A stretch of DNA of 64,000 bases from assembly GCA_963829055.1 (NCBI GenBank), contig CAWHHI010000016.1:1088001-1152000 (forward strand), given 5' to 3'. Both the position numbers and the translations under genes were made by a program. The stretch comes from an uncultured Gemmatimonadaceae bacterium. GTDB taxonomy: Bacteria > Gemmatimonadota > Gemmatimonadetes > Gemmatimonadales > Gemmatimonadaceae. The notes beneath the pieces were generated by a model that was not told where the DNA came from, did not search any database, and worked only from the letters and a program-made list of their open reading frames with translations. Positions 10,895-22,701 of this stretch are shown here, one piece after another (position 1 is the first letter of the stretch; every line of letters begins with the position of its first letter).

Positions 10895-12275
10895 ATGCCC
10901 ATCGCCACCATCAATCCCGCAACAGGCGAGACGCTCCGCGTTTTCGACGCGCTGAGCGACAGCGATCTCGACTCGCGTCTCGAACGAGCCGTCCACGCAT
11001 TTCAGCACTGGCGCATCACACCGGTCGCGGATCGCGCCGCGGTTGTTTCTCGCGCCGGCGCAATTCTCGAACGCGAAAAGGATCGCTACGGGCGTCTCAT
11101 GACGCTCGAGATGGGCAAGCCACTCAAGGCAGCCGTCGAGGAAGCCGCGAAATGTGCGCTCGCGTGTCGCTACTACGCCGAGCACGCGAGCGCGTTCATG
11201 GCGCCGGAGCACGTCGCCGGCGACGATGTGCTCTACCAGCCGATCGGCCCCGTGCTCGCGATCATGCCGTGGAACTTCCCGTTCTGGCAGGTCGTCCGCT
11301 TCGCCGCGCCCGCGTTATGTGCCGGCAACGTCGGCCTGCTGAAGCACGCGTCCAACGTTCCGCAGTGCGCGCTCGCACTCGAGGAAATATTCAGCGAGGC
11401 GGGAGCGCCGGACGGGTGTCTTTCAGACACTGCTCGTCGGCTCCGATCGCGTCGATGGCATCATCAGTGATCGTCGCATCGCCGCCGTGACGCTCACGGG
11501 AAGCGAGCCTGCTGGCCGACAGGTGGCCGCGACCGCCGGACGAAACATCAAGAAAACGGTCCTCGAGCTCGGCGGGAGCGATCCTTTCATCGTCATGCCG
11601 TCGGCCGACATTGAAGCCGCCGCGCGCGTCGCCGTGAAAGCACGCACGATCAACAACGGGCAATCCTGCATCGCGGCCAAGCGCTTCATCGTTCACGACC
11701 GAGTCGCCGACGACTTTACGCAACGCTTCGTGAACGGCATGCGCGCGCTGTCGGTGGGTGATCCGATGTCGGGCGACACCGATATCGGCCCGCTCGCCAC
11801 CAGGCAGATCGCGGAGGACCTCGAGAAGCAGGTTGACGAAAGTGTGCGACGTGGCGCGAAAGTGCTCACCGGCGGAAAGCGAAAGTCCGGCCCGGGGAAT
11901 TATTTCGAGCCGACGGTGCTCACGGACATTCCCGTCGATAGCCCTGCCTACCGCGACGAGATGTTCGGTCCGGTGGCATCCCTCTTTCGTGCCCGCGACA
12001 TCGACGACGCCATTCGCCTCGCGAATGACACGACGTTCGGCCTCGCATCCGCCGCATGGACGCGCGATGAGGCGGAAGCCGACCGATTCATCCGCGATAT
12101 CGAAGCAGGGTCTGTCTTCATCAACGGCATGGTGGCGTCCGACCCGCGCTTCCCGTTCGGCGGCGTGAAGCACTCAGGCTACGGCCGCGAGCTCGGGCCA
12201 TGGGGACTTCGGGAGTTCGTGAACGTGAAAACCGTTAGGCGTCAGACCCCACCGGCGAGCGCGAACACGGAGTGA
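10895..12275 (+). CDS. NAD(P)-dependent succinate-semialdehyde dehydrogenase-like aldehyde dehydrogenase (frameshift near 11420)
   Basis: IATINPATGE, IMPWNFPFWQ and KHASNVP, then LELGGSDP, NNGQSCIAAKR, EMFGPV and PFGGVKHSGYGRELG. Confidence 0.92.
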
Positions 12276-12362
12276 TGCTCGACCGTCACCCGGGGTGACG
12301 GTCGAGCATCATCCTGAGCGAAGCGAGGGATCTTCCATCATCCCGAGCGAAGCGAGGATCCT
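12273..12362. repeat. 19-bp inverted repeat followed by two REP-like units
   Basis: TGATGCTCGACCGTCACCC-g-GGGTGACGGTCGAGCATCA, then CATCATCCTGAGCGAAGCGAGGGATCT and CATCATCCCGAGCGAAGCGAGGATCCT. Confidence 0.75.
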
Positions 12363-12391
12363 CCTTAATTTGTCGTTGGCAGCCTAACGCG

Positions 12392-14194
12392 TCAGCGGCC
12401 GATCACGCGCCGCCACCATGACGGGCGCGCCGTTTCCGCTCCGTTCGAGTCCGACGACTCCACGAGACGCGCGTGCGCCTCGGCCGCCTGCATGAGTGCT
12501 CGCCATTCCGCCTTCATCACCGTAGCGTCCGGAAAGCGCTGCTCGACATCAGGCGCCAGCCCGCGGCTGAGCCACGCCGCGAATTCCGGCTCGAAGTCGC
12601 TGAGGTCGAGACGCCCGGAAAGCTGCTGTGCGAGAATCGCCGGACCGGTTCTCCCAGGGAACGGCGCGTGGCCGCGAAGCACGTACACGACGATCGCCGC
12701 GACCGCGAAGCAGTCGACGCCCGGGCCCTGCGCTTCACCGAGCAACTGCTCGGGAGCGGCGAACGCCGGCGTACCACTGGCGCCACCAGCGTCTTCGCCC
12801 GCGACCTTCGCGATGCCGAAGTCCGTGATGCGCCAGCGCCGATAGCGATCGATGAGAATGTTTTCCGGCTTGAGGTCGCGATGGATGATGGAGTTCGAGT
12901 GCGCGGCAACCAGCGCATCGAGCACCGCTTCGATCTGCGGCGCGATCTCGGCGAACGGGCGCGGCCCGTTGCGCGTGATGAGATCAGCGACAGACCCGCC
13001 CTCCGCCAACTCCATCGTGTACCACGACACGTCGCCACGACTGTCCCAGTCGTAGATGGGTACGATCGCCGGATGTGCGAGCTGCGCCGCGAGTCGTGCT
13101 TCGCGCCGAAAGCGCGCCACGGCCGCGTCGTCGCTGGCGACGACCGGATGCAGCATCTTGAGCGCGACTTCGCGCTCGAGCGAGAGATCGCGGACTCGCC
13201 ACACCGTACCGAACGTGCCCTTTCCGAGCATCGCCAGCACGTCGTAGTCGTCACCCACAGCCCAGCGAAGCCGCGCTTCTTCCGACTGCCATTCTTTGTC
13301 CGGGGTGATACCGCTACTGACGATCACGCTTCGCGACGAGGAAGAGCGATCGAGTGATCGCAGCAGAGACACCATCGAGCGATGACGCTCGCCGGGGTTC
13401 TCGCCGAGCGCGCGGTCGAGTGCGGAGGCGACCGTCTGCGGAACGTCGGGGCGCACGAGTCGCAGCGGCGGCGGGTCGCTCGACGGCGGCAGCTCGCCGG
13501 TGAGCGCAGCAAAGCACGTCGCCGCGATCTGCCACTGGTCGCTGGCGGGAGTCGGCGCCCAGCCGCCCACGGCCCACTCGGGCGCCATCGGCGTCCATCG
13601 GCGATCGGGTGCGACGCCGGCCGGAAGGTCGGCGCGCGGAATCGCCCACTGCCAGCCGAGCAGCCAGATGCGTCCAGTGGGAGCAACCCAGATGTGCTCG
13701 GGAGACAGCGCGCCGTGCGCGACGCCAGCATCGTGAAGGTACGCGACCGTCGAGCCGGCCGCGCGCAGCAGGCGCAGCATGTACGGCACGTCCTCGGGCC
13801 CGGTACGCCTAACGTGCGCGCCGACGGTTTCGCCTTCGATCCAGCGCCGCAGGTACCCGGGCCCGCGACGCACGTCGCGGTACTTCGTCCAGTAGTGATA
13901 CGTCGTCGGAATCGACGGATGGTTCCGATGCCCCAGATACCGAGCCTCGGCGGCGAGCCACGCGTTATGCGCCGGGTCCGGCGCGGTCACGAGCGAGAGG
14001 GAGCGGCCGAGCGCGTCGATGATCTCCTGGTAGTGCCGGTACTCCGAGACGACGCCTTCACCGCCCCAGCGCCAGTCCGGCGGGAGCTGCCAGTCAGCCA
14101 GGTGGAGCGGTAGTTCGGTGGTGAGTCGGTTCGGCCGCGGGTGATCCGCGCTCACGCGCATCGCACGCACGCCGTCGACGGGAGTCAGCGCCAT
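12392..14194 (-). CDS. Hanks-type Ser/Thr protein kinase with an N-terminal degenerate kinase domain
   Basis: The C-terminal domain has GKGTFG, VALK, HRDLKPEN, DFG and APE. The N-terminal domain has HPSIP, HGALSPEHI, LLGWQWA, MAPE, SDQWQ and LTGELP. Confidence 0.9.
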   Translation of the reverse strand: MALTPVDGVRAMRVSADHPRPNRLTTELPLHLADWQLPPDWRWGGEGVVSEYRHYQEIIDALGRSLSLVTAPDPAHNAWLAAEARYLGHRNHPSIPTTYHYWTKYRDVRRGPGYLRRWIEGETVGAHVRRTGPEDVPYMLRLLRAAGSTVAYLHDAGVAHGALSPEHIWVAPTGRIWLLGWQWAIPRADLPAGVAPDRRWTPMAPEWAVGGWAPTPASDQWQIAATCFAALTGELPPSSDPPPLRLVRPDVPQTVASALDRALGENPGERHRSMVSLLRSLDRSSSSRSVIVSSGITPDKEWQSEEARLRWAVGDDYDVLAMLGKGTFGTVWRVRDLSLEREVALKMLHPVVASDDAAVARFRREARLAAQLAHPAIVPIYDWDSRGDVSWYTMELAEGGSVADLITRNGPRPFAEIAPQIEAVLDALVAAHSNSIIHRDLKPENILIDRYRRWRITDFGIAKVAGEDAGGASGTPAFAAPEQLLGEAQGPGVDCFAVAAIVVYVLRGHAPFPGRTGPAILAQQLSGRLDLSDFEPEFAAWLSRGLAPDVEQRFPDATVMKAEWRALMQAAEAHARLVESSDSNGAETARPSWWRRVIGR

Positions 14195-14206
14195 CTTCGA
14201 AGGATG

Positions 14207-17200
14207 CTATGCCTGAGGGTCCGCGGCCAGCGCAATGACGACGCTGGTCCCCTGTCCGCGCGAGCTCGACACATTGATCTCGCCACCCCACGCGTCCACC
14301 AGACTGCGACTGATCGCGAGTCCGAGCCCACTGCCACTCGTTCGCGTCGAGAAATGCGGCTCGAAGATCTTCGGCATCACGTCGTCCGGAATGCCGACGC
14401 CGTCATCCGATACGGTAATGCGGACACGGTCCTCGACGCGCTCGACGACGACGTGGACATGACGCGCGGTCGCGAGCCGTGCGTTCTCGAGGACGTTCAG
14501 CAGTACCTCACGCAACTCGTCGCCGCTGGCGATCGCCATCGCCGGCGCGTCCGCGCCGCTGACGCGCCAGACAACGTCGCCCTCGCCCATGCGCTCGAGC
14601 TCCACGACGTCCCGCACGATGGCCGCAACGTCCATCGCCGTCCCCGGCGGACGTTCGGCAGGCGCCGTTCCGTAGCGGCTGAACGCGCGCGCGATCTCGT
14701 CCAGCCGGTCGATCTCGGCGAGAATGCGTCCGACGTTCTGATCGAGCACGCGCTCGTAATCGACACGCCCGTCGCGATGCGCACGCTTGAGATGTTGCAC
14801 GCCGAGGCGGATCGGTGTGAGCGGATTCTTGATTTCGTGCGCGACCTGACGCGCCATCTCTCCCCACGCCAACACGCGTTGCGCTCGCGCGAGCTCGGTG
14901 ACGTCGTCGAGCGTGAGCACGGCGCCTGTGTTCCGTGCGAGCCGCGCGAGCCGGCCGTGAATCTGCCTCCCGCGCAGCTCGAGATCGAACTCCTCTTCGT
15001 CGTTACCCTGCTCGCTCGCCAGAAACGCCCGCACGCGCTCGGAGATCTCGCGGTCCGCGACGCGCTCGAGCTGTGTGCCTGGCGGCAGGGGCTCTCCCAG
15101 GAGCGCATCCGCCTGAGGATTCGCCAGTGTGACGGCCACGGTGGAATCGACCGCAATCACGCCGCTCGCGACGTTTCGGAGCACCGCGGCGGTTCGCCGC
15201 TGTGCCTCTTCGAGAGCCGACCGGCTCGCCGATAGATCCGAAGCCATTCGGCGAAATGCGGAGAACACCGGCCGGAACTCGAACAACGGCCGCTCGGCGA
15301 GATCCGGCTCGCGTTCACCGGCCGCGATCGCGAGCGCAGCTCGCTGGAGCGCTCCGATGGGACGCGCGAACGTCCGCGCCGCGATTCCGCTCAGCCAGAG
15401 CGCCGCGAGCGCGCCCGCGGCCGTCGCGAACAACACCAGGATGCCGAGGTCACGTCGCTGGCGGTCGAGCGCCAGTTCATCGGTACGCGCCGGCGCCGCG
15501 ACGACGACGCGCAGCGCGCCGTTCCCGATCGGTGCCGCCCGGTATCCGACCAGGGTCGGCACTCGACCGACAGACGCGCGCGCGCTACTCGCCACCTCCT
15601 CACCGAGCGACACGGTGAGCGCGATGTCGCGCGGCAGGAAGCGTCCGAGTGGCGCGACCTGTTCGTAGAGCGGATCGCTCGTGGCGCGAAGCTCTCCGTC
15701 CGCGTAGAGAAACAACGGCGCACCGAGCCGCTCTTCCTCGTCCGCGAGGCTGTCGAAGCGGCGAGAGGCGGTGAACGTCCGCAGCGTCTCGCGCACCAAC
15801 AGCTCGCGCGACTGGCGATCATCGCTCCGAAGACGCTGGTAGGACCACACCGCGAACACGACGGCCGGAACGACGAAGAAGCCGAACAGCGAGAACGTGA
15901 GCCGCGCACGATAGCTCTCCACCCACCTGCCCACGCGCGCGCTGCCCCACCGCAGGAGCCCACCATCGGCCGCCGCGTTGAGCGTCCAGATCGCGGTGAC
16001 GATGATGAGATCGAGCAACACGACGAGCACGCCGCGCTGGATCAGCGCGGCGGGAGACCGGAGCTCCACTTCGACGTGAACGCGCGTCGGCCCGCTCGCC
16101 GCGCTGATGACCCAGTCGCCGTGCAACTCGTCGCGAATGCGCTGCCACTGTGTCGCGCGCGGGGTCCGGGTGTCTACGACGTTAGGCGCGACCGTGAGCG
16201 AGTACGGTGGGTCGGCCGCGGCGGGCGGGACGAGCCCGATGAGCGCGCTGAACGGGTCATCACGGATGAGACGCGTACGTGGTGGCACAGCCACGGACGT
16301 GATCCTCCCGTAGCCGTGCGGAACGGCCAGGACGAGATGCGCGCCCGACGCGCCACGGCCAGCCCGCATGACGGGAGCGCCCGTCCGGCGCGCCTCGGCC
16401 ACCACGTTCGCCACCTCCAACAGCTCGGGCTGAAATTCGGACAGCACGAGCGACGCATCGGCGCGCAGCCCTTCGTCCTCGGTCCACGACCACGTGGTGA
16501 GCTCGGCGGAGTAGCCCGCGTCGTCCAGATCGGATCGCACGTACCGGTCGAGCAGGTCTGCGCGAGTCGATGGCGGCGCACCTTGCTCGAGCTCGCCCGC
16601 CATGCGAGTGAGGAGATCCTGCGCAGCTGGATCAGGCGCGTTCAGCCCGGCTACGTCGCGCTCGGCAAGCTCGACGCGTTTCTTCGCGACGGTTCCCCAC
16701 ACCAGCGTCGCCGCGCCGCATGCCGCGACTATCGCCGCGGTGAGCACAAACCCGCGCGAGCGTTTCGCCAAGGCCAGGGCCGCGATCGCCAGAATCCACA
16801 GGGCCGGATACCACTCGGGCCATTCGCCGGGAGCGCGCCATAGCAACGGAAGTGGGGCGATGGCAGCGGCAAGCGCCGCGATCGTCGGGGCAATCACCGG
16901 CGAGAGACCACGCTTCCGACCAAGCAACGCCTGTCCGGCCGAGACACCGGCCAGCAGAATCGCCACGCCCGCAAGAAACAGCGCGACCTCCCACGCCAGC
17001 CACAGCCCCGATGTCACGCCCCATGGCGGCGGGCTGATGCCTCTGGCGAGATCGCGAAGCAGGAACGGACCGAGTGCGGCGATCGACCAGGACGCCCAGC
17101 AGCGCCAGCCAGCGCGAACGGACGCGCACGGGCGATCGCAGCACCGCGAGCAGTCCGAGAAGCACGAGCGCGCTCGTCAGCATGAGGGCGCCCACGCTAG

Positions 17201-18213
17201 CGGTCAGCGGCCCCCCCAGCGGCGCGAGATAGACGACAGGATCGAATAGACGCGTGACGCTCGAGAACGTCGGGTTGAGCGGCACGAGCCCCACCGCCGC
17301 GACGGCCGCGGCAACGCAGACCAGGCGTTGCGCGAGTGGCGACGGCCGCGCCCATGCGCCGATCAGGAGGAAGGCCAGCGCCGTCGCCAGCAGAACGGCG
17401 CCGCGTCGCGTTGCCTCCTCCACCGATCGCAGGCGCGCTTCCAACGCCGTGATCGGTGCGGGACGCGCGCCGAACAACGTGTCCGTCCTCGACGCGAACA
17501 TCGTGAACCCACTCGGAGCGTCGGCCGATGGCTCGTACTCGAAATCGCGGACGCCAGCCGCTCGGGCGACCGCGGCGTCGAGCGGCTGCGAGAGTCGATC
17601 AGCGGGCGGCTCGGCGTGAACGAGCGCCGTCGCGACCGCACGAACGCTCCCGCGCGTAGCGGTCGCGTACAACGTGAGGTAAAACGGCGTAAACACCGCT
17701 CCGAGGCGTGATTGAAGCGTGTCAGTTGAGATGCGGACTGATCCTGCCCACGCCGTTGGCCGACCGCCTCGATACAGTATGATGCCGCGCTCGCCAATGC
17801 CTTCGGCGAGTGGCACGAGTGCGTTCGAATGCCGCAGTCGGCTCTGCAGGCGCGTCCAGCGCGCGCTGGGCGGCGGCGGTCAACTCCGCCGCGACATCGA
17901 GCAATCCGCGTTCGAGTCGGGCAGCCGCGCCGAACTCGATCTCCGCCCGATACGCATCCCATGAGCGGTCGATACGAGCGACAGAGCGTTGGGCGATGGC
18001 AGCCGCGATCGCGAACGCCGCCATTGCGACAACGAATCCGATCGCCCACCGCCGACGGGCACCGAAGCGGAGCGCTGCAGCGAGCGTTAGGGCGGTGGCG
18101 ACGATGGTGGCGACGAGATAAGGTACGGACGGAGTCCGCAGCCACTGCGCCGCTGCCAGCACCGCCGCCGCGCCGGTCGCCAGCCAGAGCGCTCGCCCCC
18201 AGACCGACAGCAA
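14207..18213 (-). CDS. Large multi-TM NtrY-like HAMP/PAS sensor histidine kinase (frameshifts near 17090 and 17820; start approximate)
   Basis: MARQVAHEIKNPLTPI, NVLENA, DDGVGI and GSGLGL. The hydrophobic N-terminal portion continues through ORFs 16632..17816 and 17722..18351. Confidence 0.85.
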
Positions 18214-18235
18214 CGCCCCTTCAGCTCGTGTTCGA

Positions 18236-18985
18236 ATGACTCTTCCCTCTCCGTTGCCTGCGGCGAAGCCACGTCGCCTGAAGGAAATGATCCCGTCCGA
18301 AGTCGCGGCGGCGCAGGCGGCGGACCCGAGATTGATCGTCCCCGTCGGCACCTGCGAGCAGCACGGTCCTCATCTCCCGCTGTCCTGCGATACACTCATC
18401 GTCGAACGTCTCGCCGATGATCTCTCGGCCGAGTTTTGCGTGCTGCGCGCACCGACCATCGAGTACGGCGTGAACTCGACCACCGAGCGCGTGTTCGCGG
18501 GCAACGGCTCCGTCCGAAAGAAGACGCTGCATCGGATGCTCAATGACCTGCTGGACTCGTGGGAGTCGTGCGGGTTCGAGGAGTTCATCCTGCTCACCGC
18601 GCATGGGCACGATCCGCATCAGGAAGCGCTCGCCACCGTCATCACGAAGCGCGCGCGTGTGCGCGTGGTCGACCTGTTCGCGGTGAATCTGTCGGATCTC
18701 CTGGAAGGACAGAATGAGGCGATGCACGGCGATGAGGCGGATACCTCCATCCTGCTGTACATCGCGCCGCACCTCGTGCGGATGGAGCTCGCCGAGGATT
18801 ATATGGTGTCGCGTGAGGCGCTGCGACGATACCGTCGCGGCTGGCTTCGGGTTCCAAAAGGGAGCGCGGGATCGATCGGGCGACCGTCCCTCGCGTCGGC
18901 TGCCAAGGGACGCGCGATGTACGACCGCATTCGCGAGCGAGTGAGCGAGCGGATCTTCAGAGCGCCGCCGGCCGACGATGAATAG
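18236..18985 (+). CDS. Creatininase/creatinine amidohydrolase family protein
   Basis: PVGTCEQHGPHLPLSCD, FAGNGSV, HGDEADTS and IGRPSLASAAKG. Confidence 0.88.
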   Translation: MTLPSPLPAAKPRRLKEMIPSEVAAAQAADPRLIVPVGTCEQHGPHLPLSCDTLIVERLADDLSAEFCVLRAPTIEYGVNSTTERVFAGNGSVRKKTLHRMLNDLLDSWESCGFEEFILLTAHGHDPHQEALATVITKRARVRVVDLFAVNLSDLLEGQNEAMHGDEADTSILLYIAPHLVRMELAEDYMVSREALRRYRRGWLRVPKGSAGSIGRPSLASAAKGRAMYDRIRERVSERIFRAPPADDE

Positions 18986-19099
18986 AAACCACATCAGTGC
19001 GAACAGCGTAAGCCAGCTTCACTGCGCGAATTATACAACATACGTCCAGCCGTTTATCCGATACTGAACGAGACGGACCGGGCGGTGTATATTCTTGCC

Positions 19100-19780
19100 A
19101 TGAAATCGCTCACGCTGGTTGCACTCGCGGCGATCGCCGTCACGCGTACGCTCCCGGGCCAGGTCGCGACACTGGACGAAGGCAGCTTCACCATCACGAT
19201 CAACGGCGAACGCGTCGGTCGTGAAGACTTTCGCATCCGCAGCACGCCGGGCTCGAGTGGCCCCGAGGTCGTCGCGACCGCGAGCGTCTCGTACGCGAAC
19301 CGGCGCATCCTCCCGCAGATGCGCTCGGATTCGGCCGGTGCCCCATCGCGCTACGTCGTGCAGGTCAAGGACGGGACGGGCACTGATGAGAGCGTGACTG
19401 GTATCGTCGGGCGAGGACGCGTGAGCGCCAGCGTGAAGAATGCTCGGGGAGAATCGGCGAACGAGTTCGTCGTGTCGCAGGGCGCGGTCGTCATCGACGA
19501 TGACGTCTTTCACCAGTATTATTTCCTGACGCGTCGCAAGGCACTTGGTCCTGTGTCAGTGATCGTGCCGCGGCGCAATACGCAGGTCACGATGCGCGTC
19601 TCCGACTCTGGAGCCGACAAGGTGACCATCGGCGGAACGGCGCTCGATGCGCATCACTACACGATCGCCGATCCCGGCGGCGCCGATCGCGAGGTCTGGG
19701 CCGATGCCTCAGGCCGTCTGCTCAAGGTTACCATCCCGTCGCGAGGCGCCGTCGCGCTTCGGGATGATCCGCCGCGCTGA
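19100..19780 (+). CDS. Hypothetical secreted beta-rich protein
   Basis: Signal peptide, GREDFRI and the C-terminal VWADASGRLLKV. A TATATT box lies 6 nt upstream and a terminator lies downstream. Confidence 0.75.
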   Translation: MKSLTLVALAAIAVTRTLPGQVATLDEGSFTITINGERVGREDFRIRSTPGSSGPEVVATASVSYANRRILPQMRSDSAGAPSRYVVQVKDGTGTDESVTGIVGRGRVSASVKNARGESANEFVVSQGAVVIDDDVFHQYYFLTRRKALGPVSVIVPRRNTQVTMRVSDSGADKVTIGGTALDAHHYTIADPGGADREVWADASGRLLKVTIPSRGAVALRDDPPR

Positions 19781-19807
19781 CGGTCGATCGCTGAACCTGG
19801 CGACTCG

Positions 19808-19837
19808 AAACGCTCCGCTCCGCGCGGAGCGTTTTGT
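19808..19837 (+). terminator. Intrinsic terminator
   Basis: AAACGCTCCGC-tccgc-GCGGAGCGTTT followed by TGT. Confidence 0.65.
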
Positions 19838-19911
19838 ATTGTTGGACCCATGAAACCGCTCGTTAATGTCCGCCGTACGACCAGCCAGCCTTTCGTCCAG
19901 GATCCCGTCTA

Positions 19912-21400
19912 ATGCGATTTGTCGCTTGTGCGCTCCTCGCGCTCGCGTCTGCCGTTCCAGCGTCCGCTCAGTCCCGCGATTCCTCTGCCGCCGGTGCACC
20001 GATCCTGTCACTGCAGGATGCCATCGCCATCGCGCGCCGCAATAACCCGATCTTCCTGCAAACACACTCGGCGCGTCAGCGCGCGGGCGCACAACTCCGC
20101 TCGTCGTATGGCGCGCTACTGCCGGACGTCTCCACGAGCTTCTCGAGCGCGTATCGTGAAGGTCGCCCTCAGTTCTTCGGCGGTCAGGAGTTCGGTTCCA
20201 CGTCCGATGTCACGTCCTCCGATGCCGCGCTCAACGTGAGCGCCGTCTACAGTGGCAGCAATCTGCTCGCGCCCAAGGCACAGCGCGCCAATCTCGACGC
20301 AGCCGAGAGCGACCTCACGAACGCTGACGCGATCCTGCGCCTCGCCGTGACTGGGCAGTACCTCAACGTGCTGGCCGCACAGGCGCGGGCGCAGCTGAAC
20401 GACACGCTGCTCACCAGCGCGCAGGCGCAACTCGATCTCTCACGTGCGCGCGCCGCAGTCGGCGCAGCCACGACGCTCGATGTGCGACGCGCCGAGGTCC
20501 AGGTCGGCCAGGCGCGGGTGGCTGTGCTTCGCGAGCGCAACAACATCGAGACTGAAAAGCTTCGCCTCTTCCAGCAGCTCGGCGTCGAGCAGCCGACGAG
20601 CGTCAACCTGACGACCGGATCTCCCGGTCGTCGAGCCGACGCTCGTGTTGCAGGATCTTCTCTCCAGCGCGCGCAAGGCGAACCCCGCCCTCGCTGCCGC
20701 ACGGTCGCGCGAATCCGCGGCCGGCGTCGGCGTACGCCAGGCGCGGAGCGCCTACCTCCCTACCCTGCGCCTGCAGACCGGGGTCAGCGGCTACACCAGC
20801 CAGGAAACCGATATTCAGGCGGCGATCGACGCGCAGCAGACATCGTCAGCGCAGCAACTCTCCGCCTGCCTCGGCACTGATTCGCTGCGGGTTCGCGCCG
20901 GAATGTCGAGCATCGCGACCAACTGCAGCGGACGCTTCGCGTTCACCGACGCCGACGCGGAGCTCATTCGCAAGACGAACTCGAAGTATCCGTTCGACTT
21001 CACGCGCGACCCGATCACGTTCTCGGCGTCACTGTCGGTTCCGATCTTCAACGGCTTCCAGCGCGAGCAGCGCACGCAGGAGGCGGAAGCCACGCGCAAC
21101 GACGCCAAGTACGCCGTCCGCGCGCAGGAGCTCCGCATCACGCAGGAAGTCACGAGCGGCTATCGAAACCTGATTACCGCGTATCAGGCCGTTCAGATCC
21201 AGACTCAGAATTCCCAGGCCGCGCGCGAAGCGCTCGCCCTGGCGCAGGAGCGGTTCCGCGTCGGCGCGAACACCTTCGTCGACGTCGTGCAGTCCCGCGC
21301 TGATTTCGAGCGCGCCGAGAGTGATCGAATCACCGCGATCTACGAATTCCACCGGGCCTACGCCACGCTCGAGAGCGCGGTCGGCCGCCCACTGCGTTAG
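19912..21400 (+). CDS. TolC family outer-membrane efflux protein (frameshift near 20620)
   Basis: Signal peptide, LSLQDAIAIARRNNP and ALLPDVS, then AYLPTL, SLSVPIFNGF and AQERFRVG in ORF 20645..21400. Confidence 0.9.
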
Positions 21401-21414
21401 GCATAGAGGAAGAA

Positions 21415-22701
21415 ATGAGCAAATGGCTCAAGCGGGGCATCGGCGGCGCGGTCATTCTTGGCGTTGGCGCGTTCGTCGCGATCACGGCGGCAAAGCGTAA
21501 CACCAAGGGCACCGAAGTCCGCATGGAAACGGTCCAGAAGCGCGACCTCGTCGCGTCTGTCACGGCCAGCGGCCAGGTGCAGCCGCAAATGAAGGTGGAC
21601 GTCGCCGCCGACATCAGCGGCCGCATTGTTCGGCTCGCGGTGAAGGAAGGCCAGACGGTCACGAAGGGTCAGTTCCTGCTCGAGATAGACCCGTCACAGT
21701 ACATCGCCGCGGTGCAGCGAGCCGAGGCGGCACTGAGCGCGTCGAAGGCGCAGGAAGCGCAGGCGAAGGCCAACCTGATCCAGGCGCAGCGCAACTACCA
21801 GCGCTCGGCCGAGATCAAGAAGGCCAACGCGCAGCTCATCTCCGATGAACAGCTGGAGCAGCTCAAGACGCAGGCCGAGGTGCAACAGGCGCTACAGGAA
21901 GCGGCCACGCACCAGGTCGAGCAGTCTGCCGCGCAGCTGAACGATGCGAAGAGCAGCCTGGCGAAGACGACGATTCTCGCGCCGATGAGTGGCCGCGTGA
22001 CGCGTCTCGCCGTCGAGCAGGGTGAGACGGCGGTGCCGGGCACGTTCAACAAGGACGCGGCCACGCTGCTCACGATCGCGGACATGAGTGTGCTCGAGAC
22101 CAAGGTAAAGGTCGACGAGACGGACGTCGCTCGCATCGAAGTCGGCGACTCCGCCATCGTGCAGATCGACGCCTTCCCCGACACGACCTTCCTCGGCCGC
22201 GTCACCAAGATCTCCAACAGCTCGGTGAAAGCCGCTGCTGCTTCGGGGTCAGCCGATCAGGCGGTCGACTACGAAGTCACCATCCAGCTCGTCAATCCGC
22301 CGAAAGACACGCGGCCTGACTTCTCGGCCACAGCCAAGGTGGTGACGGATGCGCGCACGCAGGCGCTGTCCATTCCGATCATCGCGCTGACGGTGCGAGA
22401 GAACGAGAAGCTCGAGAACGCCGATACGGCTGCCATCGCGCTCGGACGGACGACTAACGCCAAGCAGGTCGGCAAGAAGGACGTCGAGGGCGTGTTCGTG
22501 GTCGGCACCGACAACAAAGTGTCGTTCCGGCCCGTAAAGGTTGGGATCGCCGGCGAGAAATACTTCGAGGTCCTCACGGGCCTGAAGGATGGCGAGAAGA
22601 TCGTCGGCGGGACTTACCAGGCCATCCGCGAGCTGAAGGACGGCGCGCTGGTGCGCGAGCCCAAGAAAGATGACAAGAAGCCACAGGTAACCAAATCGTG
22701 A
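21415..22701 (+). CDS. MacA-like periplasmic adaptor (membrane fusion protein)
   Basis: N-terminal [16 protein letters not shown]...VKEGQTV, APMSGRV, VDETDV and [13 protein letters not shown]. Confidence 0.92.
   Translation: MSKWLKRGIGGAVILGVGAFVAITAAKRNTKGTEVRMETVQKRDLVASVTASGQVQPQMKVDVAADISGRIVRLAVKEGQTVTKGQFLLEIDPSQYIAAVQRAEAALSASKAQEAQAKANLIQAQRNYQRSAEIKKANAQLISDEQLEQLKTQAEVQQALQEAATHQVEQSAAQLNDAKSSLAKTTILAPMSGRVTRLAVEQGETAVPGTFNKDAATLLTIADMSVLETKVKVDETDVARIEVGDSAIVQIDAFPDTTFLGRVTKISNSSVKAAAASGSADQAVDYEVTIQLVNPPKDTRPDFSATAKVVTDARTQALSIPIIALTVRENEKLENADTAAIALGRTTNAKQVGKKDVEGVFVVGTDNKVSFRPVKVGIAGEKYFEVLTGLKDGEKIVGGTYQAIRELKDGALVREPKKDDKKPQVTKS

Noticed and set aside
18236..18985. Mycofactocin/RiPP cluster suggested by the creatininase (MftE-like) gene and the adjacent exporter
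   Set aside because: There is no precursor peptide, radical SAM or RRE gene in the window.
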